DNA from: Euprymna scolopes
Lineage: Eukaryota
NCBI GenBank assembly: GCA_053919585.1
Contig: CM132809.1
Direction: 5' to 3' (one strand)
Length of the DNA: 64,000 bases
The translations under genes were made by a program, and so were the position numbers. Numbering within the stretch: the first letter of the stretch is position 1; every line of letters starts with the position of its first letter. Below the pieces are notes generated by a model that saw only the letters and a program-made list of their open reading frames with translations, was not told where the DNA came from and ran no database searches. Of the stretch, positions 37,192 to 50,768 are shown piece by piece.

Positions 37192-37904
37192 TATATATGT
37201 GTGTGTGTGTGCATACACACACATATATATATATATATATTTATATGTGCGTCTGTTTGTCTGTTATGCACACACATATATGCATGTGTATATATATATA
37301 GTTTCTCTAAATGTTTTTTTCTATATATATTAAATAATTCTATCTATTATATGTTCGAGCCTAGTTATTTATAAATGCACACTAGTAAGCCTATGCACAT
37401 ACACATATACACAAATATACATACATACACACATGCACATATATAAACGCCCAGTAGACAGAAATATAAATACGTGCCTATGTAACATTAGATATATACA
37501 CATGCACAGGCAGGTATTCACATTTAATATTAAGTTGAAAATGTATACTTAGATCTACTAAATAAGCTTCCAGCAAATTTATCTTTCTATTTTTCTCACA
37601 TGGTCACTCTCATTTATAGTCCGCCATATTCAATTTCGATTTTCCTTCTATATTCTTCTTAATTCTACGATTCAATTTATATCAATTAATTTTCTGAGTT
37701 TTGATTCCCATAACAGTTTTGGGAACCTTAAAAATACCTGGATAACACGTAATTTATGAGTTGAATATCCATCTAATCCTAAATGATATTTCGCCGATAT
37801 TTCAGCATGCGTTGTGGTAACAATGTTAGAACTAAGAATTAATGCTATTCTTTTATTATATGGAATATTTACATTGAGTTTACCTGAGTTAAAGTTTACC
37901 TTGA

Positions 37905-37960
<56 letters not shown>

Positions 37961-37965
<5 letters not shown>

Positions 37966-38353
37966 CATCTGAGAGTGCTCATCGATAAGTGACAATTTTG
38001 TTAAAGAGGTTGATTTATTATTTACTATAATAATTATTAATCACCTACAGACACTAGCGTTTCATCCTTTTGCGAATCATAAGTGAAGGATGTCACAGTA
38101 AACGCCAGTCGAGAGACTCGAGTCTCGGCAACAGAAGTCATGTCTGGCTCATTAGCAAATACCAGAACAATTCAATTACCGTCCACCACGAGATATACTG
38201 TTAAATTTAAACATTTATTCTTAATAAATGCTTTTAACGTCAGTCAGAGTGATCTAATCATTGTATGACGATATGCGCATATAAGATAAGTTAACATACT
38301 TTACTACAACTGACAGTGCTCAACGATAAGAAACAATTTTCTTAAGGGGGCTG

Positions 38354-38357
<4 letters not shown>
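37961..38357 (-). mobile_element. About 400-bp (TA)n-flanked element carrying a hammerhead motif
   Basis: (TA)n on both sides; a related, more decayed copy lies at about 30320-30470. Confidence 0.55.
38044..38089 (-). ncRNA. Type I hammerhead motif (core CUUAUGA)
   Basis: Stem I ccttca/tgtagg; CTTATGA; weak stem II; GAAA; near-palindromic stem III acgctagtgt; GTC triplet. Confidence 0.6.
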
Positions 38358-38434
<77 letters not shown>

Positions 38435-38680
38435 TGTTTATTGACATTTAATTCCGAAATATTTTTCTTTTACTATGACTTTTAAAAGGCTTCTCTTCAT
38501 AAGTACAATATCTGAATTGTGNNNNNNNNNNNNNNNNNNNNNNNNNNNNNNNNNNNNNNNNNNNNNNNNNNNNNNNNNNNNNNNNNNNNNNNNNNNNNNN
38601 NNNNNNNNNNNNNNNNNNNNNNNNNNNNNNNNNNNNNNNNNNNNNNNNNNNNNNNNNNNNNNNNNNNNNNNNNNNNNNNN

Positions 38681-39685
38681 ATTAAAAATCAGTTTCATAA
38701 GAAGGAACAACAACAAAGTCAATTATCGTTGGTTTAAATTTAATAAATATAAACCACCTTAAATCATTCAAAATTACTCATTAGTAAAAATAGATTACTT
38801 TTTTTTTTTTAATAAATTAAGTTAGACCAATTACCGCCCTTAGACTCGTAAATCAAATAATAAATAAAGCCAATAACACATGGCAATTATCTCCCCTTAA
38901 GAACTTGCAAAATAAATAGTCTCTCTATATAGATATTAACTGTAGCGTCTTTAAATCAAAATACGCTAACGGAAACAATTTACTGCACGAGCGTCGCCCT
39001 TTTAAAATTCATCATTCAATAAAATAAAAAGCTATAGCAAACATCTAAATGCCTACTTTAAATACAGTTCCTGATTTCAAAAAAAGAAAAACTAAAAGGT
39101 AACTATATCTATATATTTTTAAATCAAATTTATTATGTAAATTCAAAAAAATATATATTTTTTCTACTCATTTCTATCTCTAACCTATACTAATTTTCTT
39201 ATAAATTTTAAATCCAAACCTTTTACTTCAATTTTTCAGATTCATCTGCCTTACTTTTAATGCTAGGTTTATTTTTGGTGTCTTTTCAATTCAATAGAAA
39301 TCCTCCTAAATTTGTTGATGAGGAGACCGTGCTTACCAAAAAAACTATGTATAATTGTTCTACGTGACTTCATGTATACCACAAATAAAAAGCACGGATT
39401 TCCGAAACGATCGTACAGATAATTGACTTTGTTGTTGTTCCTTCTTATGAAACTGATTTTTAATTTAATTAAAATTTGATTTTTAATTAATTTTTTTTTT
39501 TTTTAATTTTTAAATTATAAATCACATTACTTAATATTGAATTAGCTCTAGGACATTTAACTATCGAGCTTATTATATATCTAAATTACAACGAGCATTT
39601 CCTGTATTTTAATTAAACTAGTAATTTCACTATTACATTAAAATACACTAAGCTCTTTAGACTATTATTCTAATCTCCTTTAAAT
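38681..39685 (+). mobile_element. Internally deleted PLE with hammerhead-bearing pLTR and a short inverted pLTR copy, ending at (TA)n
   Basis: Weak RT relics (VRPIT, IQTF); hammerhead at 39310-39420; 38681-38727 is the exact reverse complement of 39418-39464. Confidence 0.55.
39310..39420 (+). ncRNA. Type I hammerhead ribozyme with extended stem II
   Basis: Stem I atttg/cagat; TTGATGA 39315-39321; stem II ggaga-ccgtgctt/aagcacgg-a-tttcc around a 55-nt loop; GAAA 39404-39407; perfect palindrome ACGATCGT; GTA triplet ending at 39415. Confidence 0.75.
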
Positions 39686-40229
39686 TATATATATATATAT
39701 ATATATACATACATATTCGATAAGATATTTAACATACATAAACATATCCACGTGCATACACAGATACAAACGCATTCATATATATATAAAAAGGTAGATA
39801 AAGATACATTTATACTGTAGCACAAAAATATTATCTCGGTATAATGAGGGAAACAGAGAAAGTAAATAAAAGTAAAAAAAAGGAAGATAAAACTTTATTG
39901 CTTAATTATAAAACACACACACATATATATATATTTATATAAGGAATTAAAATATAAATAAAGAACAAATATGAGTGACGTTTAATAAAACAAAATAAAA
40001 TATTTAAGTGAAGAAGGAAACGTGGACATAAAATTGTAATACCATAACAAATATCAATATTGAATGTGGATATTCGATTTCTAGAACGCAGAAAATGTAA
40101 AGTTCAATTTCACAAGCGGCAAAAACTATATTACGCAAATATAGACAATTAGAACAAAACTCTGAAAATGTAAAGAAACACAGCATACAAGTTAGAAGGA
40201 GATATTACGCGTGAAATCTTACAGAAAAA

Positions 40230-40327
40230 AAATCGATTTGTGTAATTACGAGAAATATTAAAATCGATTTGTGCAATTACGAGAAATATTAAAATCGATT
40301 TGTGCAATTACGAGAAATATTAAAATC
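40230..40327. repeat. 31-bp tandem repeat, three copies
   Basis: aaatcgatttgtgcaattacgagaaatatta x3 with one substitution. Confidence 0.95.
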
Positions 40328-40499
40328 AGAGGTGCATACTTGCAAATCCCGGAATGAGAGCATAATTTTAACCATAAATAATATATCTGTAGATAGTTAG
40401 ATAAGACATATGTGTCAAACAAAATATCAACTATTAATATAAAGAGTATTTTATAAGCTGAGGGCCAGAATTTTGCGTATTGAAATTCCTTTTAAGGTG

Positions 40500-41850
40500 G
40501 CTAATAGAAATGTATTTTTATTTTTATTAATAGTGTTGCTATTACTATTTTTGGAAAAGGATACTATGAGAGTAACTTCCGAAAAGTAAAGTTAGCAACA
40601 CTAACTAATGGGGTAGTATGACTTGCAAATGGCCTTACGTAAAGAAATAGTATATTCCTAGACAGAATGTTTCGAAAATTCTTCGTAAAAGAAGTTATGC
40701 GTTCCTTCTATTTAAAAACAATGCGTGGTTTGATTGGAAACTTTGGTGTCATTATTTTACGGGGTTTCAGGGCGATAAGATTACCCATATGTATTGACAG
40801 TATATTTGAAAGAGAAGCATACGGTCCAATATTGTTAGGGGTCGAGTAAAGAGTCAGATGAGTGATTTATAGAATATATTGGTTGGTGGATTCTCGGGAT
40901 AGCCTACACTCTATATATGGTATGCTTCGTTAAAATCTTTGTTAAAATGTGTAATACTTTTAATAGACATAGGTAGGGAATATGATTTATGTTTAGCATT
41001 ATTGAAGACACTTCATTTACAGTACATACGTAAATTGCACCTGTTTTTATACAAACCTTATTAAATGGTTCATTTTTTGTATGATTCATGTTTTACTATA
41101 GAAATTAATGATTGCTTGTGCTAAATATACTTTAGTTGAAAAGGAGATTTCGACTGTTTTTATTAAGTATAGCATTAAATGCATGGGGTTGCTAAAAGAA
41201 AGTTTAGCATTTTTATAAATCATTTAAGGAGTTCGGTTTTACATTTTTAGTGCAATGTGTTAAAAATGTGATGTATCTTTTCTGTTTATTATGCCGATCT
41301 GTCTTTATATTTTAATGTGGTGTTAGTCTTTTTTAAATCACCAATTACGCTTCTTAAATTTGTCCTAATGCGTCACAAAATCCATGTAATTCTAAGGATT
41401 GTGGGAATTGCATTAGACGTTAGGAATTTCTTTGGAGTAAACCGAGATGATAGAGACATTTTTATAAAAAAAAAATATCGTGCTGTTCGAAATAAATTGG
41501 TTGGCTTAATATTTAGTATTTTCTTAGATACATATATTATCAACATAGCATAATGATAACTTTTTCCATGGTATATCAAATCAGAAATAAGTTTTACGAC
41601 GGAATTAATTTTCTCATGTAAACATTACAAGTTTATCCGAACTTTTAAAAATGCGAATGTCAATATTATTTTTCCCTTCTACCTCTTGCTCTAGTAAGGA
41701 AGAGAGAATTATATTTGTATAAGCCACTGCCCCAATCCCTGTGTTCTTTATTTGGTTGTAAATTAAAAAAAAACATACTAAATCAGTAATTCTGGTTGAT
41801 TTAATTGATCCCATGATACTACCAACAGCGTATTTTATCTCGTCCAAATA
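40500..41850 (-). mobile_element. Degraded Penelope-like (Naiad-type) RT/GIY-YIG remnant
   Basis: IMGSIKSTRITDLV (MGSYDGAEVCELV-like), IIYVSK, KRYITF...KNVK.N, KNEPFNKVCIKTGAIYVCTV, in the same order as the 19.6-21.7 kb element. Confidence 0.65.
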
Positions 41851-42185
41851 TGCCTTATTTTTTTAATTTCTCTCTCATCCCCGACCTCATCACATAGATG
41901 ATAAAATAAATGTATATATATATAACTGTTATTGTTTTTTGTTAAATTTATTCATGAATTACCTATCTTTTAAATTCGAAAGATCGACTATTAAATGTTC
42001 ATGCATGAGGTATACGTTCATGTGTCAAAAAATAAAATTTATTCCCGGCGTTTACAAGACAGTTTTCCACTTAAAACACTTCTCTACTGTGATTATGATC
42101 CCTAATCTTATTGTGTAAGTCACCTTATGCTATGTACTTTGGGTAATCTGTAATTGTATCTTTTATTGTATGAAACGCTTATATT

Positions 42186-42238
<53 letters not shown>

Positions 42239-44464
42239 TTAATCATATGTCTTCTAATAAGGTATCATAACCTGTTAGAAGCGTATATTTATGTTATGAA
42301 ATGAATGATTCCTGTTGTACCTGGATTTTAAAATCAATTCAAATCCGATATGTAAGACAAATAAGCTTTGAAAATATATGTATCAAATAATTAACTTTAG
42401 TTATCTCAAAAATGAAACGTGTATTATTCAAATATAATACAATAAATAGTTTGAGAATAAAGTAGAAAGAACATGCATCGTCTGTTTATTTTATACTGGA
42501 CCAAAATCGAGTAAGTCCCCATAAAGCAAGTGCAATTAAAATCAATCGAACATTTTTACAATTTTGTCAATATACTTATACATATGTGTACTAGGGAAAT
42601 ATATAGCTGGCCTGTATTTATTTTCGTCATCTTATTAATTATCTTTGCGCTTTCTATATCGTTAATACATGGTCTAACTTCCTCTATCTTTAAAAAAATA
42701 AACTCTCACTTAAACGGTACAAACTTAGTATGTGTGTAGATTTCCTTGTTTATATGTGAGCACGTTTTTCAGTGTGTACATAATATAATATATCATGCTA
42801 TTTTTAGTGATAGAATTTCATTTTACAGTAATGTATAAAATTAATAAGATGATAAAAATAAGTATAGACCAGTTATATTGCTCTAATATACAATGTATTT
42901 GCTAGAGCCATAAAGATAAGATTACAATCAACTTGGAGCTAACACAAGATGACTATAAATAATCAAAAACAATATAACAAAGTGTTTCCTCGCCGTTTAA
43001 TATTTGTTGACATTTCACTTGAAGAAATGACGGAGATATACAGTTATATTGAAGAGAAACCACCAGTATAGAACAAAAAGGAAACGGAAATAAACAAAAA
43101 GGTTGTGGTAGGAACACAATGGGGGAAAGATGAACAATATATAGATCCTAACTATATACTCTGATTATTAAGAAATTCTCAAAACGGGATGACCTCTTGT
43201 TCTATATTTAATTTTCGAATTGTAACTATATATATTACAACCACCTACCCATTCTTATTGGACAATAACTAAACTTTGTAATAACATTAGTGCACGATAT
43301 GTTTTGAAACCCTATTTTTCACATTTTATGCCAATGTGGTTGTACCTTTTTATCCCTTACTAGTCCGTAATGTTTGAATCTCTTAAAATAATTATAATAT
43401 TTCCGTTATAAATCTGTGTTTAAAAATGCGTCTTACTATTATAATCTTTTGTGTTGATCGTGTAGATAAAGTTTTTACTCAAGGGCGCAAACAGGGAGGA
43501 AATTACTTTAAGCAGTCGAATATTCTAAACAAGGGGCACCGCCTGGCTCTTGTATCTCACAATATTCTGTGGTATTTATAATTAACGTGCAAACCTCTTG
43601 CTTTCACTATTTTTTATTTTACGATTTTTATTTGTTAACAAATTTATAATTTCACGTATTTCTACAATATTTTTATCTTTACATATTTATGACATATTCA
43701 AATTATTTATAGATTTGTGAAAAGTGAGCAAGGTTACATTATAGTGAGGTAAGACAATAAAGCGTTCGAATACAATAAACCGTACCGGAGTAATATTAAA
43801 TATAAATTGTTTACTGAATAATAAGCACTACGATAATAAATGTTCACATTAAAACAACAATAACATACTAAATTTTTATTATTTGCATTTAAAACACATG
43901 AATAAATTGTAACATTTGGCTGATCGTTCATTTAATCAGATCATACAAGTAGCAACCAATTTATTGTCTTTCTATTTTTAAAATTAAGATAGTTATGTGT
44001 ATTATTTGTATTATTCCGAGAACTGTTTAGCTGATGTAACCGTCGAAATTCGTAGGGCTTATCTTGTCAGATTCAGTTATCACTGTGTCGAACTCTAGAG
44101 TGTTATTAAATTTTGATATGCTTCAGTTGAACTCAGAAATCCTCGTAGTATTTCAAAATCACATATTTAATTCACCGATTAATACATGAATCGCTTGACA
44201 GGAGAAAAGTGCTACGAAATATTTAGTCATAATTGAAACACTCATAAAGTTTAAAGCTTCAATCTTTAGTGTTTCAAACTTATTATAAATACAATTACGT
44301 AATTATACAGACTTCTAACTAGTCTTGCCTGAATGAACAATATCACGCTAATTATATAAAGGCATACAAAATTACCGTTCAAAATATTATGCAGATTTAT
44401 GAGTTCGAGAGAAATTTTCTCGAGCATGAATTACATAACTAAAGAAAGTCGGAACACACTTTTT

Positions 44465-44810
44465 CAGAATAAGCTGATTAGAATAACATAGATGAAAATG
44501 ATCTCTTTTGCACTTGGGTCACCAGGAATATTAGTTAGGTAGGGCTGCAGGTTCTTCTTTATACGCCCTGTAGCACCTATAATAACTGCTATGGTTGATA
44601 TCTCCCCAAGGTCTATCATTAGACCTTGATATTTGGCCTGTTTCTCTCCTTCAGATCTGTACAGACCTGCATCATTAGGGGCATTCACTTAAACCAAGAT
44701 TGACACTCTTTCTGACTCATTCCATATAACTCTCAGTCTTGGCAGCAGCATTTGCAAGGTAGTTTTCTGTAGGGATTACATGGTCGTAATGTATGGTAGT
44801 CTTAAAAGTC
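44465..44810 (-). mobile_element. C-terminal restriction-like endonuclease fragment of an R4/Dong-type non-LTR retrotransposon
   Basis: APNDAGLYRSEGEKQAKYQGL...IAVIIGATGRIKKNL..YL..IPG; upstream IHYDHVIPT. Confidence 0.75.
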
Positions 44811-45630
44811 ATAGGAACAAGAAGACGCAAAACTCTATCTATCTGTGAGTTAAAAGGGGGACTACAATGATAAGTATTTGGTAAGACCAGCCGCAGTCGA
44901 TGAGGGCTGATAACTTATTCCTTAAATCATAAAGTCCAGCAGATCTTGGAAGAGTAGTAACAATGTAAATGAAGCAGATTGCCCTTAGGATTAAATATTA
45001 AAATAAAATCAAAACATATGGGAAATGTGATTTAGAAGTGCAAAAATGACGTAAAGGTAACTACTCGCATTTAAGATGAAAATCGGAAAGGTATCATAAA
45101 AAAACTACCTCTGAAATCAACAGCTGAGTAAACATTTTGATATTTCCCGGGTGCTATTTTAGATTTATATGCACAATCTCTTCGATTTCGAACAAAAATA
45201 CGATTAATATTGGGAATATCCGTTTATATAATTTTGTTTGCTATAAAATATGTTTTAATAAACATATACTCAGACACATGTGGACACCCACATAGAAACA
45301 TACACGCACAAACTTACATATGGGCGTGTTTGTGTGTGTGTGCCCGTGTGTTCCCCTGTGTGTGTAATTTTATTCTTGTTTGTTTAATTTTTTTCTCTTC
45401 TGAGCTCAATATTACTTCTTTACTTCTTTATTTATATATATTATGCATCTCTTAGAAAGGTAAATTTTATTTTAATCAATGTCCGTCAATATTTATCACG
45501 GAACTTTTGTTTCATATCTCACCAATAAAAAAGGGAACTTAACTGTTTACTAAGTTTATTTAACATAACACTTACAGGATATGTAAAAATAATACAAAAA
45601 AAAACAAATAAATTTTCTTAAATTTTAGCA

Positions 45631-45711
45631 AAAAACACGAGTATATAAATAAAAAACGAATACATTAATAAAAACACGAGTATATTAATAAAAAAACGAA
45701 TATATTAATAA
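45631..45711. repeat. About 20-bp imperfect tandem repeat, four copies
   Basis: aaaaa(c)acga(g/a)tatattaat units. Confidence 0.85.
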
Positions 45712-45991
45712 TTTTCCTTCGATGATAGACGTTATTCCATAATAACGGTTAACTAAATATAGCTAGATTAATGATGCTGTTCTAACGCACAGGCATATTA
45801 AGCACTACATGTTCAATTTTATAATGACAGCTATAGAAATTTACTGGTGAAATATGGTGTTATTTGTGTGCTTCTTAAATTACATAATATTACACTAATA
45901 TATATAAATATGTACTTGCAAAGATTAAGAAAACGAAACTCGATACTTGCATGTATTTTAAATTGAGAACATAAGAGCACAAGTAACCATG

Positions 45992-46043
<52 letters not shown>

Positions 46044-46759
46044 CGATATAAATCTTACCTTAATTGAAATATAAGATAAGCGAGACAATCCATTAGAAAG
46101 TGCTCTCTTAGGCAAAGGCGTATAGTTCAATCTATCTCAAGAATACTTCCACGCTAAAGTTTTCGCCGTGCTATAAACACATTTACAAAAAAAAAAACAA
46201 AAAAACAATTATATATTTATCGCTTACTTTATGTTTTTTGTTAAGTTCCCATTGTGTACTTTGCTTGTTTAATTGTGTATCTTTACAGTTTATATTGTAT
46301 GTCTATTTTCTATATCTATGAAAGATGTGAGTTAGTATAGTCACAATAACCCGCGCGTAAAAGGCATTTTCGAAATGTAAACTTGGTGCGTCAGTTATCT
46401 GGGCCAAGTTGATGCCGTAGGTCATTGAAAGCAGAATCAAAGAATCGAGTCGATGAAATTACCGCGGGTATGATGCCACATGAGAAAAACAAAAACGAGA
46501 GAGAACGATTAAATTATCAAATCAAGTCTTTGTGACAACTGTAATCGAACGGTCGCTTAGAAATAGATAGAAACTCCAAAAATGTTTCCTACCACAAACG
46601 ACCCTCTGTCTGTGTTTACTCTATCTATATAACCATCTATAGTTTGCATAGAAATAAAACTGCCATAATTAAGGCAACACTTAACTTTTAATTAATTTAT
46701 TATTTTCTCTTCATATCTTCATTAATATGCTGTCTTTACTTTTTATTTTTATATTTTTG

Positions 46760-47025
46760 TCGGTTGTTTTTTACGGCATATCAATCGTTTTCAGGTTATT
46801 TAATGCTGAATCCAGTGATTTTGAAGTATTTTTTTTAAATAGAATACATGTGTTTTTTCAAGTCCGCTTTTATTCAACCCACAGTTGAACCCTAAAAGGT
46901 ACTACCACTCGGGGTCAGAGTGGACATGAGATCAATGGCAATTAAAGGCTGGCTCCACACTTCTCAAAGGCCGCAAGCTGGGGCCCCTACCATCGGATAT
47001 AGTTAAAGGTCATATCCAGGACCTT
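46760..47025. mobile_element. SINE-like interspersed repeat
   Basis: GC-richer island ggtactaccactcggggtcagagtggac...gtcatatccaggac resembling invertebrate SINE bodies from memory; single copy here, family not identified. Confidence 0.45.
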
Positions 47026-48709
47026 TTATTTTTATAACACAATATGGAATTATATGCATAGTAAGGAAAAACCTAGAAAAAACTAAAGAAAAACACGTAT
47101 GCCACTATGAGAAAGGAAGAAACAGGTAGGAGACGTAATAAAAGATCTCCATCACTAAAAAAGAAGAAAAACAACCTAGACAACTTACGCAACGTATAAA
47201 ATAGAGCCAAGTAAAAGTAAAGTTGAAAAAAAAAAACAAGACATATTTGAGTTCGAAAATAACGACAAACATGGCATTTACTATAACCGCTTAAATTATT
47301 ACGTAAGCGTTTACATTTTTGTTTACTGCTGAAACCTTGTTTTTTAATCTGTGTGATTGTATGTTTATATGTCCATTTTTACTGTTTTTATTCTAATTTG
47401 TTCACTATTTAAACAAGTCTATTTCGTAATAAAACGTATCCAATATTTTCATTAATCTTATTTTCCTTTTCCATTATTATGTTTAGTGTTTAACTTCATG
47501 ACTTTCTTGTTATCTAATTGTGTTTTAATTTAAAATAATCTTTGCATTTTTGTTGACTGCTTACTTATTTTGTTTATCCCTAAAATGTTCGTGAATTATT
47601 ATGTTCACATACTACTTCTAATTTTTTGCATTATTATTTTTGCCTTATTTTCTTTTGCATTTAACTTATGAATTCCGATGAATATATGTTACATGCGTGT
47701 CGAGTGTCATGCTGAGCAGGAAGGGCGCCCGTAAAAACAATTTGTCTTAAAATTGCACATTTTTTAAAGTAGATAACTACCTTGTTTTATCAATATATTT
47801 TTACAAAATGCATGTTGAAATTTTTAATACGGAGAAGATTAAACGCTGAATCTCGCAAAAAATATGGTTGACTGACGAATTATGTATAAGCGTATTTATG
47901 TATGTGTTCCTTTGTGTGTGATATTTCATTATGCTATCTAAAGCATTGTCCAGGTGCCATTGTCAATTTTGCGTAGGTGTAATACATCGATTACCTCTTG
48001 ATCAAAACAAATCTAAAGTGATCGTATGCCACTCTCAGTAGAATAAATCTACCGGCCTACCCCAGCAAATATAATGCATTTTGCATTTAAATGAATTAGG
48101 ATTAAAGCGAACGCACGCATGCGTAGTGAAGCCGATAGAAATCAGATCGGGGATCATCAGCACTTGATCTTGTTTGATTGTGATACTAGAAGTCTCTTTG
48201 TTTGAACGATTGGATTATGTTGAGGCCTAAAAGCGAATGGAACACATTATATGTCGAAATTGGATAACGACTTTTGATACGGAATTCAATTATTAATTAT
48301 TACTCATGATTCCCTTTTTCTGAAGATACGGTTCGCTTATTACTTGAGGTCTTTCATAGAATATGAATGAGCACAAGGCAAAAGTTAAGGGTGTGTATTA
48401 GCCTATGTTGATAAGGTCATCGGCACGTTTACCGGTGCCCTTTTGCCGCGTTTGGAATTGAAAAAGCTATTATAAGAAAGTTAGTAAACGATGTATAATC
48501 ATGATTCTCTGGTAGTTGAAGAGTATGATTATTTAGACATTACATAATTAATAGAAGACTCATTTTTTTATTAAATAAAATAAGCGTTACATCAGCAATA
48601 TATTGTTATAGCTGCGATACGTGAATAATTTTATTTTTTATTTTATATTCTTAATATTAATATATATAAATGTAAAAATGCAGACATACATAGTTTATAT
48701 ATACATACC

Positions 48710-48745
<36 letters not shown>

Positions 48746-48754
48746 GCATTAATT

Positions 48755-49560
48755 TTATTTTCTGCAAGCCATGTGCCATTGCAAAGTTTATGTTGGTTTA
48801 TATTTCGCAACAAAGTAATAAATACGCCAATTTCAGTTGCAGTCCATACGGTGGTATCCCTGGCAAATTTCAATATTCAGTTTGATAACAAACTAGTTCA
48901 TTTGCTTTCCGAATAGTGTCGACGGACTTGTGTGTGACTACCTATCTTGGAATATTAAGCTGGATAATATCAGTTAAGTTTATGGTCGTCTTCTTTTTTC
49001 TTGGGCTGCAAGAATATCTCGTTCACTTAGCCAACTGAATTTTTTATAATTGATTTGCATATCTGAACTATAAGCTATTCATTAACCCGTCTTTTAATGT
49101 AACTAAATTACAGAATTTATGAGGCAACAAAATTTGCGCTTAACTCGAATCAGCCGGCGCTTTCCGTTCTACATGTTGAACAATTGATGCAAAAATATAT
49201 GTCTGTGGATCGATCGTTCTTCAACTGGACACTCATATTATGAGTGAAACCTAATGTCTTCACATAGCGCCATAAATAGAATATTTAAGGCTAGCATATA
49301 TTTCATCCGCTGATGTTGATTGAGAAACGTTTATCTGAAACTTTTTGCAAGCAATATTATTGCATTCCAAAATAATGTGTCATTGTCACCCACATCTTGT
49401 AAGGGTCGATCAAAAGCTTCAAGTGATTTTGTGCCATTGTGCAAATGTTTTTCTATACTGGATGTTTGGGAGATATTGAACATAGGAGTTCTAAAAATTG
49501 AATGTTTAATAGAAATTTCGAAGTAGAAAACTGTTTTTAGTCGGTAGTCAGGCCGTAGAT
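48755..49560 (-). mobile_element. Helitron PIF1-family helicase remnant
   Basis: SLEAFDRPLQDVGDNDTLF..AIILLA.SFR, TSADEIYASLK, IGVFITLLRNINQHKLCNGTWL. Confidence 0.85.
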
Positions 49561-50036
49561 ATTCTGCACGAAGCAAGAGCTATGTCATTTTCTCATCGAA
49601 TGGTTGCCAAAATAAATTTAACTAGAAGATTTTATCAATTCTTCCTGATGCTTTTTCAAATTAGCAATAATTTTCAAATAACTTTTTATTCTTACTCTAC
49701 GTAATTTAAATGACTAAAACAAGATTTATGTATGTTTTGATAATACATTATTCATTATAAATAATTTAGGTGACTAACATCTGGTTGGTTCAAGTTTACA
49801 CAATGCCTTATTAGCAGAAAGTAAATTAGGTGATTATAATATTATTTATCCATATTTCATAATGTCTTACTTATGTAAGCAATTCACGTGGCTAAAATTG
49901 GATGTAATCATGTTTTGACAATACTTTATTCATCGCAATTCATTTAGGAGCATTACAAGTAGTTTTCATCCATGTTTTTAGAATGCTTTTATCACTGTAA
50001 GTAATATAGTTTACTAAAATAGGAGGATAATTAAAT

Positions 50037-50376
50037 AGAGATAAATAGAAATGGAAGACAGAGAGATAGCGTTCGAAAAAGAGAAATATTGAGGAATATA
50101 GAGAAAGAGAAGGAAAGAGAAAGAGGCAGAGATAGAGATAGATTGACTGATAGAGACAGAAAGAAACAGAGGGCGGGAGAGACAGAGGCAGAGAGATACA
50201 GAATAAAAGAAAGAGAGAGAGAAAGAGAGATATAGAGGGAGTTAGGGAAAGAAATGAGCTCAAAGAAAGGTGGAAAGAGTGATAGAGAGAGAAATATGGG
50301 GAGAGACGGGGAGATAAAGCAAATACTGATGGAGAGAGTGGGAAAGAGGGAGAGAGAGGTGCGGAGAGAAGCAGAG
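50037..50376. repeat. Purine-rich degenerate (GA)n low-complexity tract
   Basis: Read directly. Confidence 0.9.
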
Positions 50377-50698
50377 GGTTAACTACACTTCACTGTTTTT
50401 GTCATCGATCAGTGGAGGAGAAATCCTGCTGGACTGAGGCATTTTTATTTGTGTTCCTCTTCCAGGTACCACTTTTAGTGGAGCTAAATTTTTGCACACA
50501 TTAAAAACCGACCTTGTGCCTTACTCTGCCCTCCAAAATACACACACAATTACTGCTATTCGTTTATGCTTCTTGTACGGTTCTCTTGTAGCATAAAAAT
50601 GAACGTTTAAAACATAATTTAATATTTGGTGCAATGTAGTTATGTAAGAAGTATGATCTAATATATTTGGTAATTTAACTATAAACAAAAGAACACAG

Positions 50699-50740
<42 letters not shown>

Positions 50741-50768
50741 TCAATTTGTCTTTACATAAGCAGTTATT

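Noticed and set aside
40230-40327. 31-bp repeats as a CRISPR array
   Set aside because: No spacers, eukaryotic context, no cas genes.
44025-44060. Further hammerhead-like fragments (also about 13160, 30335, 31130, 35890, 37790, 47675)
   Set aside because: Core or stems too degenerate to distinguish from chance in AT-rich DNA.
49940-50263. 107-aa hydrophobic ORF resembling a membrane protein
   Set aside because: Translation of a (CT)-rich low-complexity tract.
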